A stretch of DNA of 59,897 nucleotides from an uncultured Woeseia sp. (lineage in GTDB: Bacteria > Pseudomonadota > Gammaproteobacteria > Steroidobacterales > UBA11654), in NCBI GenBank assembly GCA_964454905.1, contig CAYVTR010000008.1, positions 1 through 59,897 on the forward strand, in the 5' to 3' direction. Shown here in pieces: positions 1 to 9,732 of the stretch. Every line of letters begins with the position of its first letter. Within the stretch, counting starts at the first letter, position 1. The translations under genes were made by a program, and so were the position numbers. The notes beneath the pieces were generated by a model. It saw only the letters and a list, made by a program, of their open reading frames with translations. It was not told the DNA's origin and did not search any database.

Positions 1-381
1 CCTCTCGGTGCTACCATCAATATGGACGGCACAGCACTCTATTTAGGAATAGTGGCTTTATTCTCAGCCCAAATATTTGGTGTTCAATTATCTTTTGCTG
101 ATTATTTTCTTATTGCAATGACAGCAACTCTAACCTCTATTGGAACCGCAGGTATTCCATCTGCTTCTCTATTTCTTTTAGCTACGGTCCTTTCAGTCAT
201 AGGGATTACAGATGCACAGACTGCTCTTATAGTCGGATTCGTTTTACCATTTGATCGAATTTTAGATATGGCTAGGACTGTTGTTAATATTACTGGAGAT
301 GCTACGGTTTCCGTGTTGGTTGCTAAATCAGAGGGTGAATTAGATGAAACGGAGTTCCGTGATACAACCAGTGACTTCTGA
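1..381 (+). CDS. Dicarboxylate/amino acid:cation symporter (DAACS/GltP family), 5' truncated by window edge
   Basis: Frame open from base 1: PLGATINMDGTALY signature, SIGTAGIP, DRILDMARTVVNITGD. Confidence 0.93.
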   Translation, partial: PLGATINMDGTALYLGIVALFSAQIFGVQLSFADYFLIAMTATLTSIGTAGIPSASLFLLATVLSVIGITDAQTALIVGFVLPFDRILDMARTVVNITGDATVSVLVAKSEGELDETEFRDTTSDF

Positions 382-393
382 GATACTTTTATT

Positions 394-1833
394 ATGAGAA
401 GAACTAAAATTATTGCTACCTATGGCCCATCACTAGAAGATCCGAAGATACTGACTAAAGTATTGGAAACAGTTGATGTTATACGTATTAATTTAGCACA
501 CGGCAGTTGGGATAAGGGCAGTGATCAGAATAATGAGAAAAAAATAAAACTGATCCGAAAGCTTGCTAACAAAATTAAAAAACCTATAGCAATTCTAGTT
601 GATTTAAAGGGAAATAAAATTCGTATAGGTGATGTTAAAGATCATGCTTTGAATCTAGAAAAATCATCGATTCTCACTATTCGTTTTACAACTGACAAAG
701 TTTCTAAAAAGGAGAATGAGGTTGTTATTAATGCGGAACACTGTTTCGAAAAAATATCACTAGAAGATATTATTTTAATGGATGATGGCCTCATTAAGCT
801 TCGGGTGGATGACATTTCTGAAACTGAAAAAACTCTAAAATGTGAAGTAATTGAGGGAGGATTCTTAAGGAGTAATAAGGGTTTTGAGGTCGAGGGTAAG
901 ATAATCAATCAAACTGGCCTAGGTGACGCTGATAAAAATGATATTAGGAGATTAGCTAAATTAAGGGTTGATTGGATTGCCTTATCATTTGTGAATGAAG
1001 CAAGTGATATTAATCAAGCCAGAGAAGTACTATCAGAGTCAGCTAGTTCAATTCATCTTATTGCAAAAATTGAACGTATGGTTGCTCTTAAGCAGCTCTA
1101 TTGGATTATCAAAGCGAGCGATGGAATCATGGTTGCCAGAGGTGATTTAGCTCTTCAATCTGGTCCTGGCGAGTTAACAGGTTTACAGAAAAATATCATC
1201 AAGCAAACTGTCAAAGGTAAGAAAGTTGTTATTACTGCAACTCAAATGATGGAATCTATGATTTCAAACCCTAGCCCAACACGAGCTGAAATGACCGATG
1301 TATCCAATGCTGTCTTGGATGGAACAGATGCCGTCATGTTATCGGCTGAAACCGCAGTAGGTGATTACCCAGTTGAAACTGCTCTTGCAATGGATGAAGT
1401 GTGTCAAGGCGCAGAGACTTATCATCAAACAGTTGCAGGAAAAGATGAGTTTGAATACTCAGAACTACAATATGTAGATCATGCTATTGCTTTAAGCTCT
1501 ATGAGTATTGCTAGAAATATGGATATTAAGGCCATCGTGACACTTACAGAGTCAGGTTCAACTGCCTTGATGCTGTCAAGAATAAGATCTGACATACCGA
1601 TATATGCCTTTACACGTAATATTGACACTCAAAGACGAGTTGCTCTCTATCGTGGTGTTATCTCACATCCTTATCCATTTAATGTTGATCGAATGGAGGA
1701 TGTTTTAATAGAGATAAGAAAAGAGCTTTTGGATTTAAATCTATTAAATACTGGAGATTTAATTATTATCACTTCAGGAGTGCCTTTAAAAGTTTCTGGC
1801 GGGACAAACTCTTTAAGAATTATTGAAATCTAA
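394..1833 (+). CDS. pyk: Pyruvate kinase (PykA-like; DLKGNKIR with Leu/Lys suggests K+-independent type)
   Basis: RRTKIIAT, IAKIE, MVARGDL, ATQMMESM, PTRAE, DAVMLSAETA motifs. Confidence 0.96.
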   Translation: MRRTKIIATYGPSLEDPKILTKVLETVDVIRINLAHGSWDKGSDQNNEKKIKLIRKLANKIKKPIAILVDLKGNKIRIGDVKDHALNLEKSSILTIRFTTDKVSKKENEVVINAEHCFEKISLEDIILMDDGLIKLRVDDISETEKTLKCEVIEGGFLRSNKGFEVEGKIINQTGLGDADKNDIRRLAKLRVDWIALSFVNEASDINQAREVLSESASSIHLIAKIERMVALKQLYWIIKASDGIMVARGDLALQSGPGELTGLQKNIIKQTVKGKKVVITATQMMESMISNPSPTRAEMTDVSNAVLDGTDAVMLSAETAVGDYPVETALAMDEVCQGAETYHQTVAGKDEFEYSELQYVDHAIALSSMSIARNMDIKAIVTLTESGSTALMLSRIRSDIPIYAFTRNIDTQRRVALYRGVISHPYPFNVDRMEDVLIEIRKELLDLNLLNTGDLIIITSGVPLKVSGGTNSLRIIEI

Positions 1834-1904
1834 TTTCGAATAAATTTCTTTTACAAGATTTTATTTCGTACTACAATTCCATTCTCTATACATCAAGTTT
1901 AATT

Positions 1905-3374
1905 ATGGATTATCAAAAAGTCGGCATCAGTGCTCTTTCAACTTATGTTCCTCCTTATCGTGTGGACCTAGAACAGTGGTCTGATTGGACACAAAAATCA
2001 TGGGAAAAAATAAAGCAAGTTGTTGGAACAGGCTTCAGGATGTTGGGTCCAAATCAAACCATCTACACCATGGCTGCAAATGCTGTTCTCGATTTAATTT
2101 TATCAAACAAAGTCAGACCCTCTGAAATCGGTTTTCTGGCTTTAGGGACTGAATCAAGCACTGATAATTCAGCCGGCTCAATCATCATTAAAGGCATGAT
2201 AGATAAAGAATTAAAAAATAGATCTATGGAACCAATTTCTAAGAATTGTGAAGTTCCAGAATTCAAACAAGCTTGCCTCTCCGGTATTTACGCTGTAAAG
2301 AATGCTGTTCGCTTTATAAAAACTGATGCACCGTCATCAAAGGCTATTGTTGTGTGTTCTGATATTGCTCTCTATCAGTTGGGCGCCAGCGGCGAGCCAA
2401 CGCAAGGCGCAGGAGCAGTTGCTGTTCTCATTGAATCAAATCCAAAAATAGCTGAGGTAAAAACTTCTAAGTCTGGTTCGGCTTCTGACTATCGTCATTT
2501 AGATTTTAGAAAGCCTATCCAATACAGAGCCCAGCAGGCCAATGGGCATTCTGATTTTGATCTTGATCTGCCTATTTTCAATGGTAAATATTCAACCTCC
2601 TGCTATATCGACGGCACAATTAATGCTCTTGACGATATGTCGACGAAAAATTCTGGCCATTTAGCAAACCATTTAAGGCAAGTTACTGCGGTATTTATGC
2701 ATCGCCCGTTTCATAGAATGCCAATGACAGCATTTTCAATTGCCTATTTATATGCTTTAGGAAAAGGTGGGGTGAATGATCATAAGGAATTGGAAGAGTA
2801 CACCAACATGGCTGATGTTAGTTTTGACGATGCGCTGTTTGAACTTAATAATCAACCTAATGTTAGTGATTTTCCTGATAATGATATTAATCGCAATGCT
2901 TTCCCTATCACTAGCAAGGTAATAAAGGTTTTGCATAGTAATTCTATTTTTCAGCAAAAGGTATTAGCTAAACTTGATTTTGGCCAAGATCTTACAAAGG
3001 AAATGGGTAATATTTATTCTGGGTCAGTTTTTGGATGGCTGTCAGCAGGCCTTGAAGAGGCAAGCAAAAAAGGACTGAAATGGTCAAATAAGGAAGCGCT
3101 TATTATTGGCTATGGAAGTGGTGATGCAGCTGAAGTTATCCCAATTATTTTTAGGGAAGGTTGGGAAAAAGCAGTTCAAATATCTCCATTTTCTTTGGCA
3201 TTTAAATCATTTATTGATTTATCGAAGGATCAATACATCAAACTTCGTTCAGAAAAAACGACCAATGGTATCGATTATCATCTAAGCAATCAATTTGTGG
3301 TCAAGAAGGTTGGGACAGAAGAAAGAGATGATTTTCAGGATGCGGGAATAGAGTATTACGAATACTTGAATTAG
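1905..3374 (+). CDS. Hydroxymethylglutaryl-CoA synthase family protein
   Basis: Catalytic Glu (GTES), Cys (EFKQAC), His (MHRPF); GEPTQGAGAVA, DFRKP, GNIYSGS, GYGSG. Confidence 0.88.
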   Translation: MDYQKVGISALSTYVPPYRVDLEQWSDWTQKSWEKIKQVVGTGFRMLGPNQTIYTMAANAVLDLILSNKVRPSEIGFLALGTESSTDNSAGSIIIKGMIDKELKNRSMEPISKNCEVPEFKQACLSGIYAVKNAVRFIKTDAPSSKAIVVCSDIALYQLGASGEPTQGAGAVAVLIESNPKIAEVKTSKSGSASDYRHLDFRKPIQYRAQQANGHSDFDLDLPIFNGKYSTSCYIDGTINALDDMSTKNSGHLANHLRQVTAVFMHRPFHRMPMTAFSIAYLYALGKGGVNDHKELEEYTNMADVSFDDALFELNNQPNVSDFPDNDINRNAFPITSKVIKVLHSNSIFQQKVLAKLDFGQDLTKEMGNIYSGSVFGWLSAGLEEASKKGLKWSNKEALIIGYGSGDAAEVIPIIFREGWEKAVQISPFSLAFKSFIDLSKDQYIKLRSEKTTNGIDYHLSNQFVVKKVGTEERDDFQDAGIEYYEYLN

Positions 3375-5407
3375 TTTAAGTATTTCTCATACCAAGCCAG
3401 ATATCTTTCAAGAACATCCTTATTATAGCTTGGGGTTGAGAATGAATGATGCTCACCCGGGTAAACAACCAGTTCTGTTGGAATATCTAAATGTTTTAGA
3501 GCTTGATACATTTGTTCTGAACCAATTAAAGGCACGTTATAGTCCTTTTCTCCTACCAAAAAAAGTGTTGGAGTAACTATTTTATTTGCATTTAGGAAAG
3601 GATGGGAGACTCTTAGCCATGCTTCAGTGTTATCCCAAGGGGTACCCATTTCGACAATGTATTCTCTTATGTATTGATCGTCACCAAAACCACTGAGCAA
3701 ATTTGCAATGCCAGCTCCTGAAGTGGCCGCTTTGAAACGTTGATCTTTAGCAATAACATAATCTGTCAGCATACCGCCATAACTCCATCCACCTAAGCCT
3801 AATTTATCCTCATCTATGTAACCGAGTGATATCGCATAATCAGCTAATCGACTAATATCATCAGCATCTACATTGCCCCAATCGGCAAAGATTTTCTTTT
3901 GAAAATCTAAGCCTCTACCTGAGCTTCCTCTGGGGTTAGTTACCATAACCACATAGCCATTAGCTGCGAACAATTGCCAATCATAGTTAAAGTAAAGCCC
4001 ATATTGTGAGACAGGACCACCGTGCATCCTTATGATTAAGGGATATTTTTTTAATGGATCAAAATTGTCAGGCTTAATCATCATTCCAAATAATTCTTCA
4101 CCATCAGTAGCTGTGAAAGAAATGGTTTCTGTTTCTAATATTTTTCTTGATGATAAGAGCTCAGAATTATGATGAGATTGTTGAGTGATATTACCCTCAT
4201 CATAGAGAAACACTTCATCCGGATGATAAGTACTAGAGAGGATTAAACCAATTTTTCCATTTCTAACCACATAGTTTTTAGCCCACCCAGACAGATAATA
4301 ATTAGGTGGCGTAATTCTTAAAATCTTTTGATCCCTTAGCGAATACTTTGCTAATTGACTTTTCATGTTGTCCTCTAAAACAAAATATATATTTTGGCCA
4401 TCATCAGACCATTGGGGTGAGGTAGTATTGCGGTCCAATTCTCTGGTTAGTATAGAGTTTGTTTTTGTGTCCACGTCGATAACTGCTAGCTCTGTTAGCG
4501 CATACCATAAAAGTGCTGGGTCACCACCATAGAGATAAGCAATTTTCTTACCATCGGGGCTCCATTGAGGTCTAGAGGATGATGAATCTGCTCCAGGGGC
4601 AGTGGTGAGCTGAATAGGGTTTTCAATTGAATCAAGCTCAAGAACATAGATATCATAATTATCAGTTCGGTCCATATCTCCCGTTTTTGTTACATAGGCG
4701 ATCCTTTTGTTATCTGGCGACCATGAAGGAAGAAATTCATTAGAGCTTCCTTTGGTTAGCTGTTTTGTGGTTCTACTTTCAATATCCAATAGGTAGAGAT
4801 GTTGCCTCTCATCCCCTAAAAAATCATTTCCATCTTGTTTAAAATGATATCGATCTATGACAATTGGTTCTGGGGTTTGAACACTAGTTCTTTTTGTTTT
4901 TTTATCACTGTCACTGGCTTTGGATTCAGCAACCAAGACAATTTTTTTACCATCTGGCGACCATTCAAAATCATTGATGTTTGCTTTTAGTTTTGTGATT
5001 TGTCTTTTGACTAAATTTTTAGTGTTAATTGTCCATACTTGTTGATAATCAGCATGCTTGCCTCTTCCTGGTGCTAAATATCCTAGCAATATGTCATCCG
5101 GAGCAAATCTGGTTTTTCCAATTGAGGGGTTGCCTTTGAGAAGTATTTTTTCTTTATTCTTTTGTAGATCTAATAACCAGATATCGTTACGGTAGCGGTC
5201 TTTTTTTTCATCCACAGATGAAACTGAATAAACCACGAGATTGGCTGAGTGGGACACATCAATTGAGCTTATGTCTTTGAGTTGATTTAGATCATTAAGG
5301 GTTATTTTTTCTTTGGAAGATTCAGAGGATTGGTTTGTATCAATAGAAGCAAGAGAGAGCAGAACACTTAAGATTAGTAGTGATGATTTTATATAGTTAT
5401 TCATCAA
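3371..5407 (-). CDS. Secreted S9 family peptidase (dipeptidyl/acylaminoacyl peptidase)
   Basis: Signal peptide, WSPDG beta-propeller repeats, HGGP, GWSYGG nucleophile, D and H of the triad (KDYNVP, GEHH). Confidence 0.93.
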   Translation of the reverse strand: MMNNYIKSSLLILSVLLSLASIDTNQSSESSKEKITLNDLNQLKDISSIDVSHSANLVVYSVSSVDEKKDRYRNDIWLLDLQKNKEKILLKGNPSIGKTRFAPDDILLGYLAPGRGKHADYQQVWTINTKNLVKRQITKLKANINDFEWSPDGKKIVLVAESKASDSDKKTKRTSVQTPEPIVIDRYHFKQDGNDFLGDERQHLYLLDIESRTTKQLTKGSSNEFLPSWSPDNKRIAYVTKTGDMDRTDNYDIYVLELDSIENPIQLTTAPGADSSSSRPQWSPDGKKIAYLYGGDPALLWYALTELAVIDVDTKTNSILTRELDRNTTSPQWSDDGQNIYFVLEDNMKSQLAKYSLRDQKILRITPPNYYLSGWAKNYVVRNGKIGLILSSTYHPDEVFLYDEGNITQQSHHNSELLSSRKILETETISFTATDGEELFGMMIKPDNFDPLKKYPLIIRMHGGPVSQYGLYFNYDWQLFAANGYVVMVTNPRGSSGRGLDFQKKIFADWGNVDADDISRLADYAISLGYIDEDKLGLGGWSYGGMLTDYVIAKDQRFKAATSGAGIANLLSGFGDDQYIREYIVEMGTPWDNTEAWLRVSHPFLNANKIVTPTLFLVGEKDYNVPLIGSEQMYQALKHLDIPTELVVYPGEHHSFSTPSYNKDVLERYLAWYEKYLN

Positions 5408-6910
5408 TCAATCATAATGTTTTTTTAATGTTTTCAATAGACTAACGGCAAAAATTGGAAAGAGCACCAGCAAGGGTGGTGACATGATTAATATTACATC
5501 CATGGCGGCTCGGTTACTGTTTATAAAAAATAAGCAGGCGGGAAGTATAGCAAGCACAAATGCCCAAAATAATCGGCTGTATCGGCTGGGCTCAAAATCG
5601 TCACTGCTAGTTTTTTTGACGTGTGATGAGAGGAGATAGGAAACTGAATCATACGAAGTTGCTATGAATATAACCACAATTAAGCAATAGGCAAAGACAA
5701 AGAATTTTCCATAAGGCAGGGTAAGGAGAACCTTAGTTGCAGCAACTGTATGTCCTTCATTGGCTAGAATGTCGGAAACAATCAGCTGTCCTGAGAGTTC
5801 GAGTGTGATTGCGTAATTACCCATGATTGCAAAAAAGAGGAAACAGCCGAACGAACCAAGCAGAAGCATTCCAATGATTACCTCTCTTAAGGTTCTCCCT
5901 TTGGAGACTCTGGCAACAAACAGCCCTACTTGTGGACCAAGTGCTATCCACCATGCCCAATAAAACACGGTCCAATCTTCGGCAAACTTAGATTTTTCCA
6001 TGATCCCTAGCGTGTTCATACCAAAAAAATTAATCGCGATTTCTTTTAGAGAGTTAAAGGTAAGTACCAAGATCTCATAGGCGGGACCGAATGATAAGAC
6101 GGCAATTAAAAAAATAAGGGACATCAGTATATTGGTATTACTGATGACCCTAATGCCCTTGTAAATCCCTTTATAAACACTATATGCAAACAAAGAAGTA
6201 CATAAGGCCAACATAGATAAATCTAGCATCAAATTATGTTCAATATTAAATATTTCAGAAACGCCTGCCCCCACAATGGGTACATACATTCCCATGCTTC
6301 CTCCACTTGCCCCAATCAGCACAAACACAAAGACAAAATCAACCAAGCGACCAAAAAAGGAGGTTTCAACAGAACTTTCAGAATTTGTTCTTAAACCTGA
6401 ACTCAGCCTTAATGACCCTAATTTGAAATGATAGAACGGAACTGCTATGGCGATCGCAGGGAAGCAATAAAGAGCCCAGCCGGTGATGCCCCAATGGAAA
6501 ATCCCATATCCTGAAGCTAGGTGAAATGCTCTCTCACTAAATGGCTGAATCCCATATAAAGATTCATCCACATAATAAGCCCATTCTACGATTGACCAAT
6601 ACAATATACCGCCACCAATCCCTGAGCAAAACAACATACACACCCAGCTAAAATTGGAGTATTCAGGTGTTGTATCTTTTCCACCGAGCCTAAAATTTCC
6701 ATATTTGGAAAGAGCTATATAGAGAATAAATAGTACAGTTAAGAGACCAAAAACCATGTAGGTGGGGCCCAAGAGATCCACAATATTTTGATAAATATCA
6801 CGAATTAGTTCACCCGTTTCTATAGGGTATATCGCCATTGGTAGGGTAATTACAACAATTGCTAATAAGATACTAAATACTGTTATTTGATCTGTGTTAT
6901 TACTTTTCAT
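5408..6910 (-). CDS. BCCT family (betaine/carnitine/choline) transporter
   Basis: PEYSNFSW, FHWG, WTVFYWAWW, ARVSKGRTLRE motifs; about 12 hydrophobic segments. Confidence 0.93.
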   Translation of the reverse strand: MKSNNTDQITVFSILLAIVVITLPMAIYPIETGELIRDIYQNIVDLLGPTYMVFGLLTVLFILYIALSKYGNFRLGGKDTTPEYSNFSWVCMLFCSGIGGGILYWSIVEWAYYVDESLYGIQPFSERAFHLASGYGIFHWGITGWALYCFPAIAIAVPFYHFKLGSLRLSSGLRTNSESSVETSFFGRLVDFVFVFVLIGASGGSMGMYVPIVGAGVSEIFNIEHNLMLDLSMLALCTSLFAYSVYKGIYKGIRVISNTNILMSLIFLIAVLSFGPAYEILVLTFNSLKEIAINFFGMNTLGIMEKSKFAEDWTVFYWAWWIALGPQVGLFVARVSKGRTLREVIIGMLLLGSFGCFLFFAIMGNYAITLELSGQLIVSDILANEGHTVAATKVLLTLPYGKFFVFAYCLIVVIFIATSYDSVSYLLSSHVKKTSSDDFEPSRYSRLFWAFVLAILPACLFFINSNRAAMDVILIMSPPLLVLFPIFAVSLLKTLKKHYD

Positions 6911-7049
6911 CTAACTGTATCTCAGATAATTCACTGGGTGTTGGTTCTGTTTGCTTTTTTGCCATTTCGCCGACAAGGATAAACTCAAACGCTACAATAA
7001 AGACAAAGATAATAAAGAACACCGCTAAAGTTATAATAGTTTCCTTCAT
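6900..7049 (-). CDS. Small single-TM protein (49 aa, MKETIITLAVFFIIFVFIVAFEFILVGEMAKKQTEPTPSELSEIQLDEK), below the ORF track cutoff
   Basis: ATG at 7049 with AAGGA SD 7 nt upstream; TAA at 6900 overlaps the BCCT start; one hydrophobic helix. Confidence 0.65.
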   Translation of the reverse strand: MKETIITLAVFFIIFVFIVAFEFILVGEMAKKQTEPTPSELSEIQLDEK

Positions 7050-7153
7050 AAATGATTCCTTGAGAAAATTAGTTTAGAGTCTATTAATTAAATCCAGTTT
7101 TTTAATTATCGAGTGTATTATATTACTTAAAGTAGTAAGCAAAAGGGAGAAAA

Positions 7154-7957
7154 ATGAGTCCTGAAAAGATAGATAGAACTAAAGGTAAATTGCCTCAAAA
7201 AGAAAAGGGGTCGTTAAACCCTATACCTGCACAATCAATGGAAGAGCAAAGACGACTTCAACTGGAACGTTTAGCAGCCAGCTTTAGACTGTTTTCTCTA
7301 TATGGCTTTGATGAAGGATTAGCAGGCCACATTACCTTGAGAGATCCTGAGTTTAGCGATCATTTCTGGGTTAATCCATTGGGGATGAATTTCGCACATA
7401 TTTGTGTTTCTGATTTACTCTTAGTTAAAGAAGACGGAAAAATTATTCAAGGAGATCGGCCCATCAATCCAGCTGCTTTTTATATCCATTCATCTATCCA
7501 TAAGGCAAGATCTGACATTAATTCTGCAGCCCATGCTCATTCTATACATGGAAGAAGTTTTTCTGCCTTAGGTAAATTACTGGATCCAATTACACAAGAT
7601 GCAGCTCTGTTTTTTGAGGAACAGTCTATTTATTCAGATTATGGAGGCGTGGCTTTTGATAAGAACGAAGGGGAGGAAATTGCAAAGGCTTTAGGTGATA
7701 ATCGAACTGTAATTCTTCAAAATCATGGTTTATTAACGACAGGGTCCAACGTTGATATTGCTGCTTGGTTATTCATTGCTATGGATAAATGTTGTCAAAG
7801 TCAACTCATTGCAGAAGCTGCGGGCAAACCCACGATAATTCCTGATGAAACAGCTCTTCGTGCAAAGACTCAAGCAGGCAGTGAAATGGTACTTTGGGCG
7901 AGCTTCCAACCCCTGTATGATCTGATTTACCAAATTTCACCTGATTTTTTAGACTAA
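7154..7957 (+). CDS. Class II aldolase/adducin family protein
   Basis: EGLAGHITLRDPE, FWVNP, NPAAFYIHS, AHAHS and QNHG zinc ligands. Confidence 0.92.
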   Translation: MSPEKIDRTKGKLPQKEKGSLNPIPAQSMEEQRRLQLERLAASFRLFSLYGFDEGLAGHITLRDPEFSDHFWVNPLGMNFAHICVSDLLLVKEDGKIIQGDRPINPAAFYIHSSIHKARSDINSAAHAHSIHGRSFSALGKLLDPITQDAALFFEEQSIYSDYGGVAFDKNEGEEIAKALGDNRTVILQNHGLLTTGSNVDIAAWLFIAMDKCCQSQLIAEAAGKPTIIPDETALRAKTQAGSEMVLWASFQPLYDLIYQISPDFLD

Positions 7958-9366
7958 TGTTAGAAGAAACCTTAAATAAGCAAAAAATCCAGTCTAGACG
8001 ACAGACTTATCCTAGCTTAGCTATCCGACAGGACCGACTTGATAGGATTCTTGAAATGATGCTTGAATACCAAGATCAAGTACCTGTTGTTCTTTCTGAG
8101 GATTTTGGTCATAGGTCACATATGATTTCAAGATTCTCTGATGTTGCTGCGGTCTTTGATGCGGTCCATTACATAAAGAAAAACTTAAAAAAATGGATGA
8201 GAGATGAGTCAAGAAAGGCAGCGCCTCCCTTTAATTTACTAGGTGCTAAGGCTTATATACAATATCAGCCTCTTGGGGTTGTGGGTATTATTAGTCCTTG
8301 GAATTTTCCGTTTAATTTAACTTACGGTCCTCTTGCAATTGTTCTAGCAGCTGGTAACAGAGCTATGATTAAGCCTTCAGAGTTTACTCCAAGATCTTCA
8401 GCGTTAATGAAGACCATGATCAATAAGTATTTTGATGAGGATGAAGTTCAAGTTTTTCCAGGCGATGCTTCAGTTGGCCAAGAGTTTTCAGCTCTGGCTT
8501 TTGATCATCTGCTTTTTACCGGTTCGTCTGCTGTTGCAAAAAAAGTGATGCAGGCGGCCTCTAAAAATCTTGTTCCTGTAACCCTGGAATTGGGAGGAAA
8601 ATCTCCTGTCATTGTAAGCGCTGAGGCAAACATAAATACTGTTGCTGATCGAGTTTGGAACGGTAAATTAATGAATGCAGGACAGATCTGTATAGCTCCA
8701 GACTACACATTTGTACATGAGACTATGTTAGAAGCATGGGTTGAGGCATCCAATGAGACTGTGAATAATATGTTTCCTTCAATTTATGATAATGATGACT
8801 ACACCTCTATGGTCAATGAGGGTCATCATAAACGGATGCTTAAATATCTAGAAGATGCACAGCAAAAGGGTGCACGAGTCATCGAAATAAATCCTTCTAA
8901 TGAGACTGAAGAAAATAGAAAACATAATAAGATTATGCCGGCAATGATCATTAATCCAAACGATGAGATGCTGGTGATGCAGGAGGAAATCTTTGGCCCT
9001 ATTATGCCCATAAAAACTTACACAAAAATTGACCAGGTGATTGACTATATTAATCTTCACGACAGACCTTTGGGCCTTTATTATTTTGGTCATAATAGGA
9101 ACGAGCAGGATCTTATAGTTAAGAACACAGTTTCTGGTGGCATGGCTCTTAATGATGTCATTTTTCAATTTGTTCAGGATGATATTCCCTTTGGAGGTAT
9201 TGGACCGAGTGGCATGGGTCACTATCATGGTATAGAAGGTTTTAAGACATTTTCTCATGCAAGAGGTGTCTACAAACAGACTCGCGTAGAAGCTATGCTG
9301 AAGCTTATGAGGCCGCCTTATGGAAAACTGTTTGATCAGATCCTATCAAGCCGTATCAAAAAGTAA
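7957..9366 (+). CDS. Aldehyde dehydrogenase, coniferyl-aldehyde dehydrogenase (CalB/ALDH3)-like
   Basis: SPWNFP, KPSE, FTGS, LELGGKSP, NAGQICIAPDY, EEIFGP, PFGGIGPSGMGHYHG. Confidence 0.92.
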   Translation: MLEETLNKQKIQSRRQTYPSLAIRQDRLDRILEMMLEYQDQVPVVLSEDFGHRSHMISRFSDVAAVFDAVHYIKKNLKKWMRDESRKAAPPFNLLGAKAYIQYQPLGVVGIISPWNFPFNLTYGPLAIVLAAGNRAMIKPSEFTPRSSALMKTMINKYFDEDEVQVFPGDASVGQEFSALAFDHLLFTGSSAVAKKVMQAASKNLVPVTLELGGKSPVIVSAEANINTVADRVWNGKLMNAGQICIAPDYTFVHETMLEAWVEASNETVNNMFPSIYDNDDYTSMVNEGHHKRMLKYLEDAQQKGARVIEINPSNETEENRKHNKIMPAMIINPNDEMLVMQEEIFGPIMPIKTYTKIDQVIDYINLHDRPLGLYYFGHNRNEQDLIVKNTVSGGMALNDVIFQFVQDDIPFGGIGPSGMGHYHGIEGFKTFSHARGVYKQTRVEAMLKLMRPPYGKLFDQILSSRIKK

Positions 9367-9732
9367 GTGAAAAAAACACCTGAGCAAAAACTCCAAGATA
9401 AACTGAAAGAAGTCGGTATAGATGTTTTGCAAAAACATATTTTCTTATGTGCAGATCAAACAGAAGCCAATTGTTCCCCTAGAAGAAAAACCCTTGAGTC
9501 ATGGGAATACCTTAAGACTAGGCTCAGTGAACTTGGGCTTGATAACAGAGGAGGGATATATCGTTCTAAAGTAAACTGTTTAAGAGTTTGTTCTCAGGGA
9601 CCTATTGCTGTGGTCTACCCCGATGGAGTCTGGTATAAGCGATGTACACCAGAGGTTTTAGAGAGGATTATTCAAGATCATTTAGTTAATGGATCTGTTG
9701 TTGAGGAATTCGTTATTTCAGAGCCGAGTTGA
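9367..9732 (+). CDS. Thioredoxin-like [2Fe-2S] ferredoxin
   Basis: [13 protein letters not shown] ... [20 protein letters not shown], four Cys. Confidence 0.88.
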   Translation: MKKTPEQKLQDKLKEVGIDVLQKHIFLCADQTEANCSPRRKTLESWEYLKTRLSELGLDNRGGIYRSKVNCLRVCSQGPIAVVYPDGVWYKRCTPEVLERIIQDHLVNGSVVEEFVISEPS

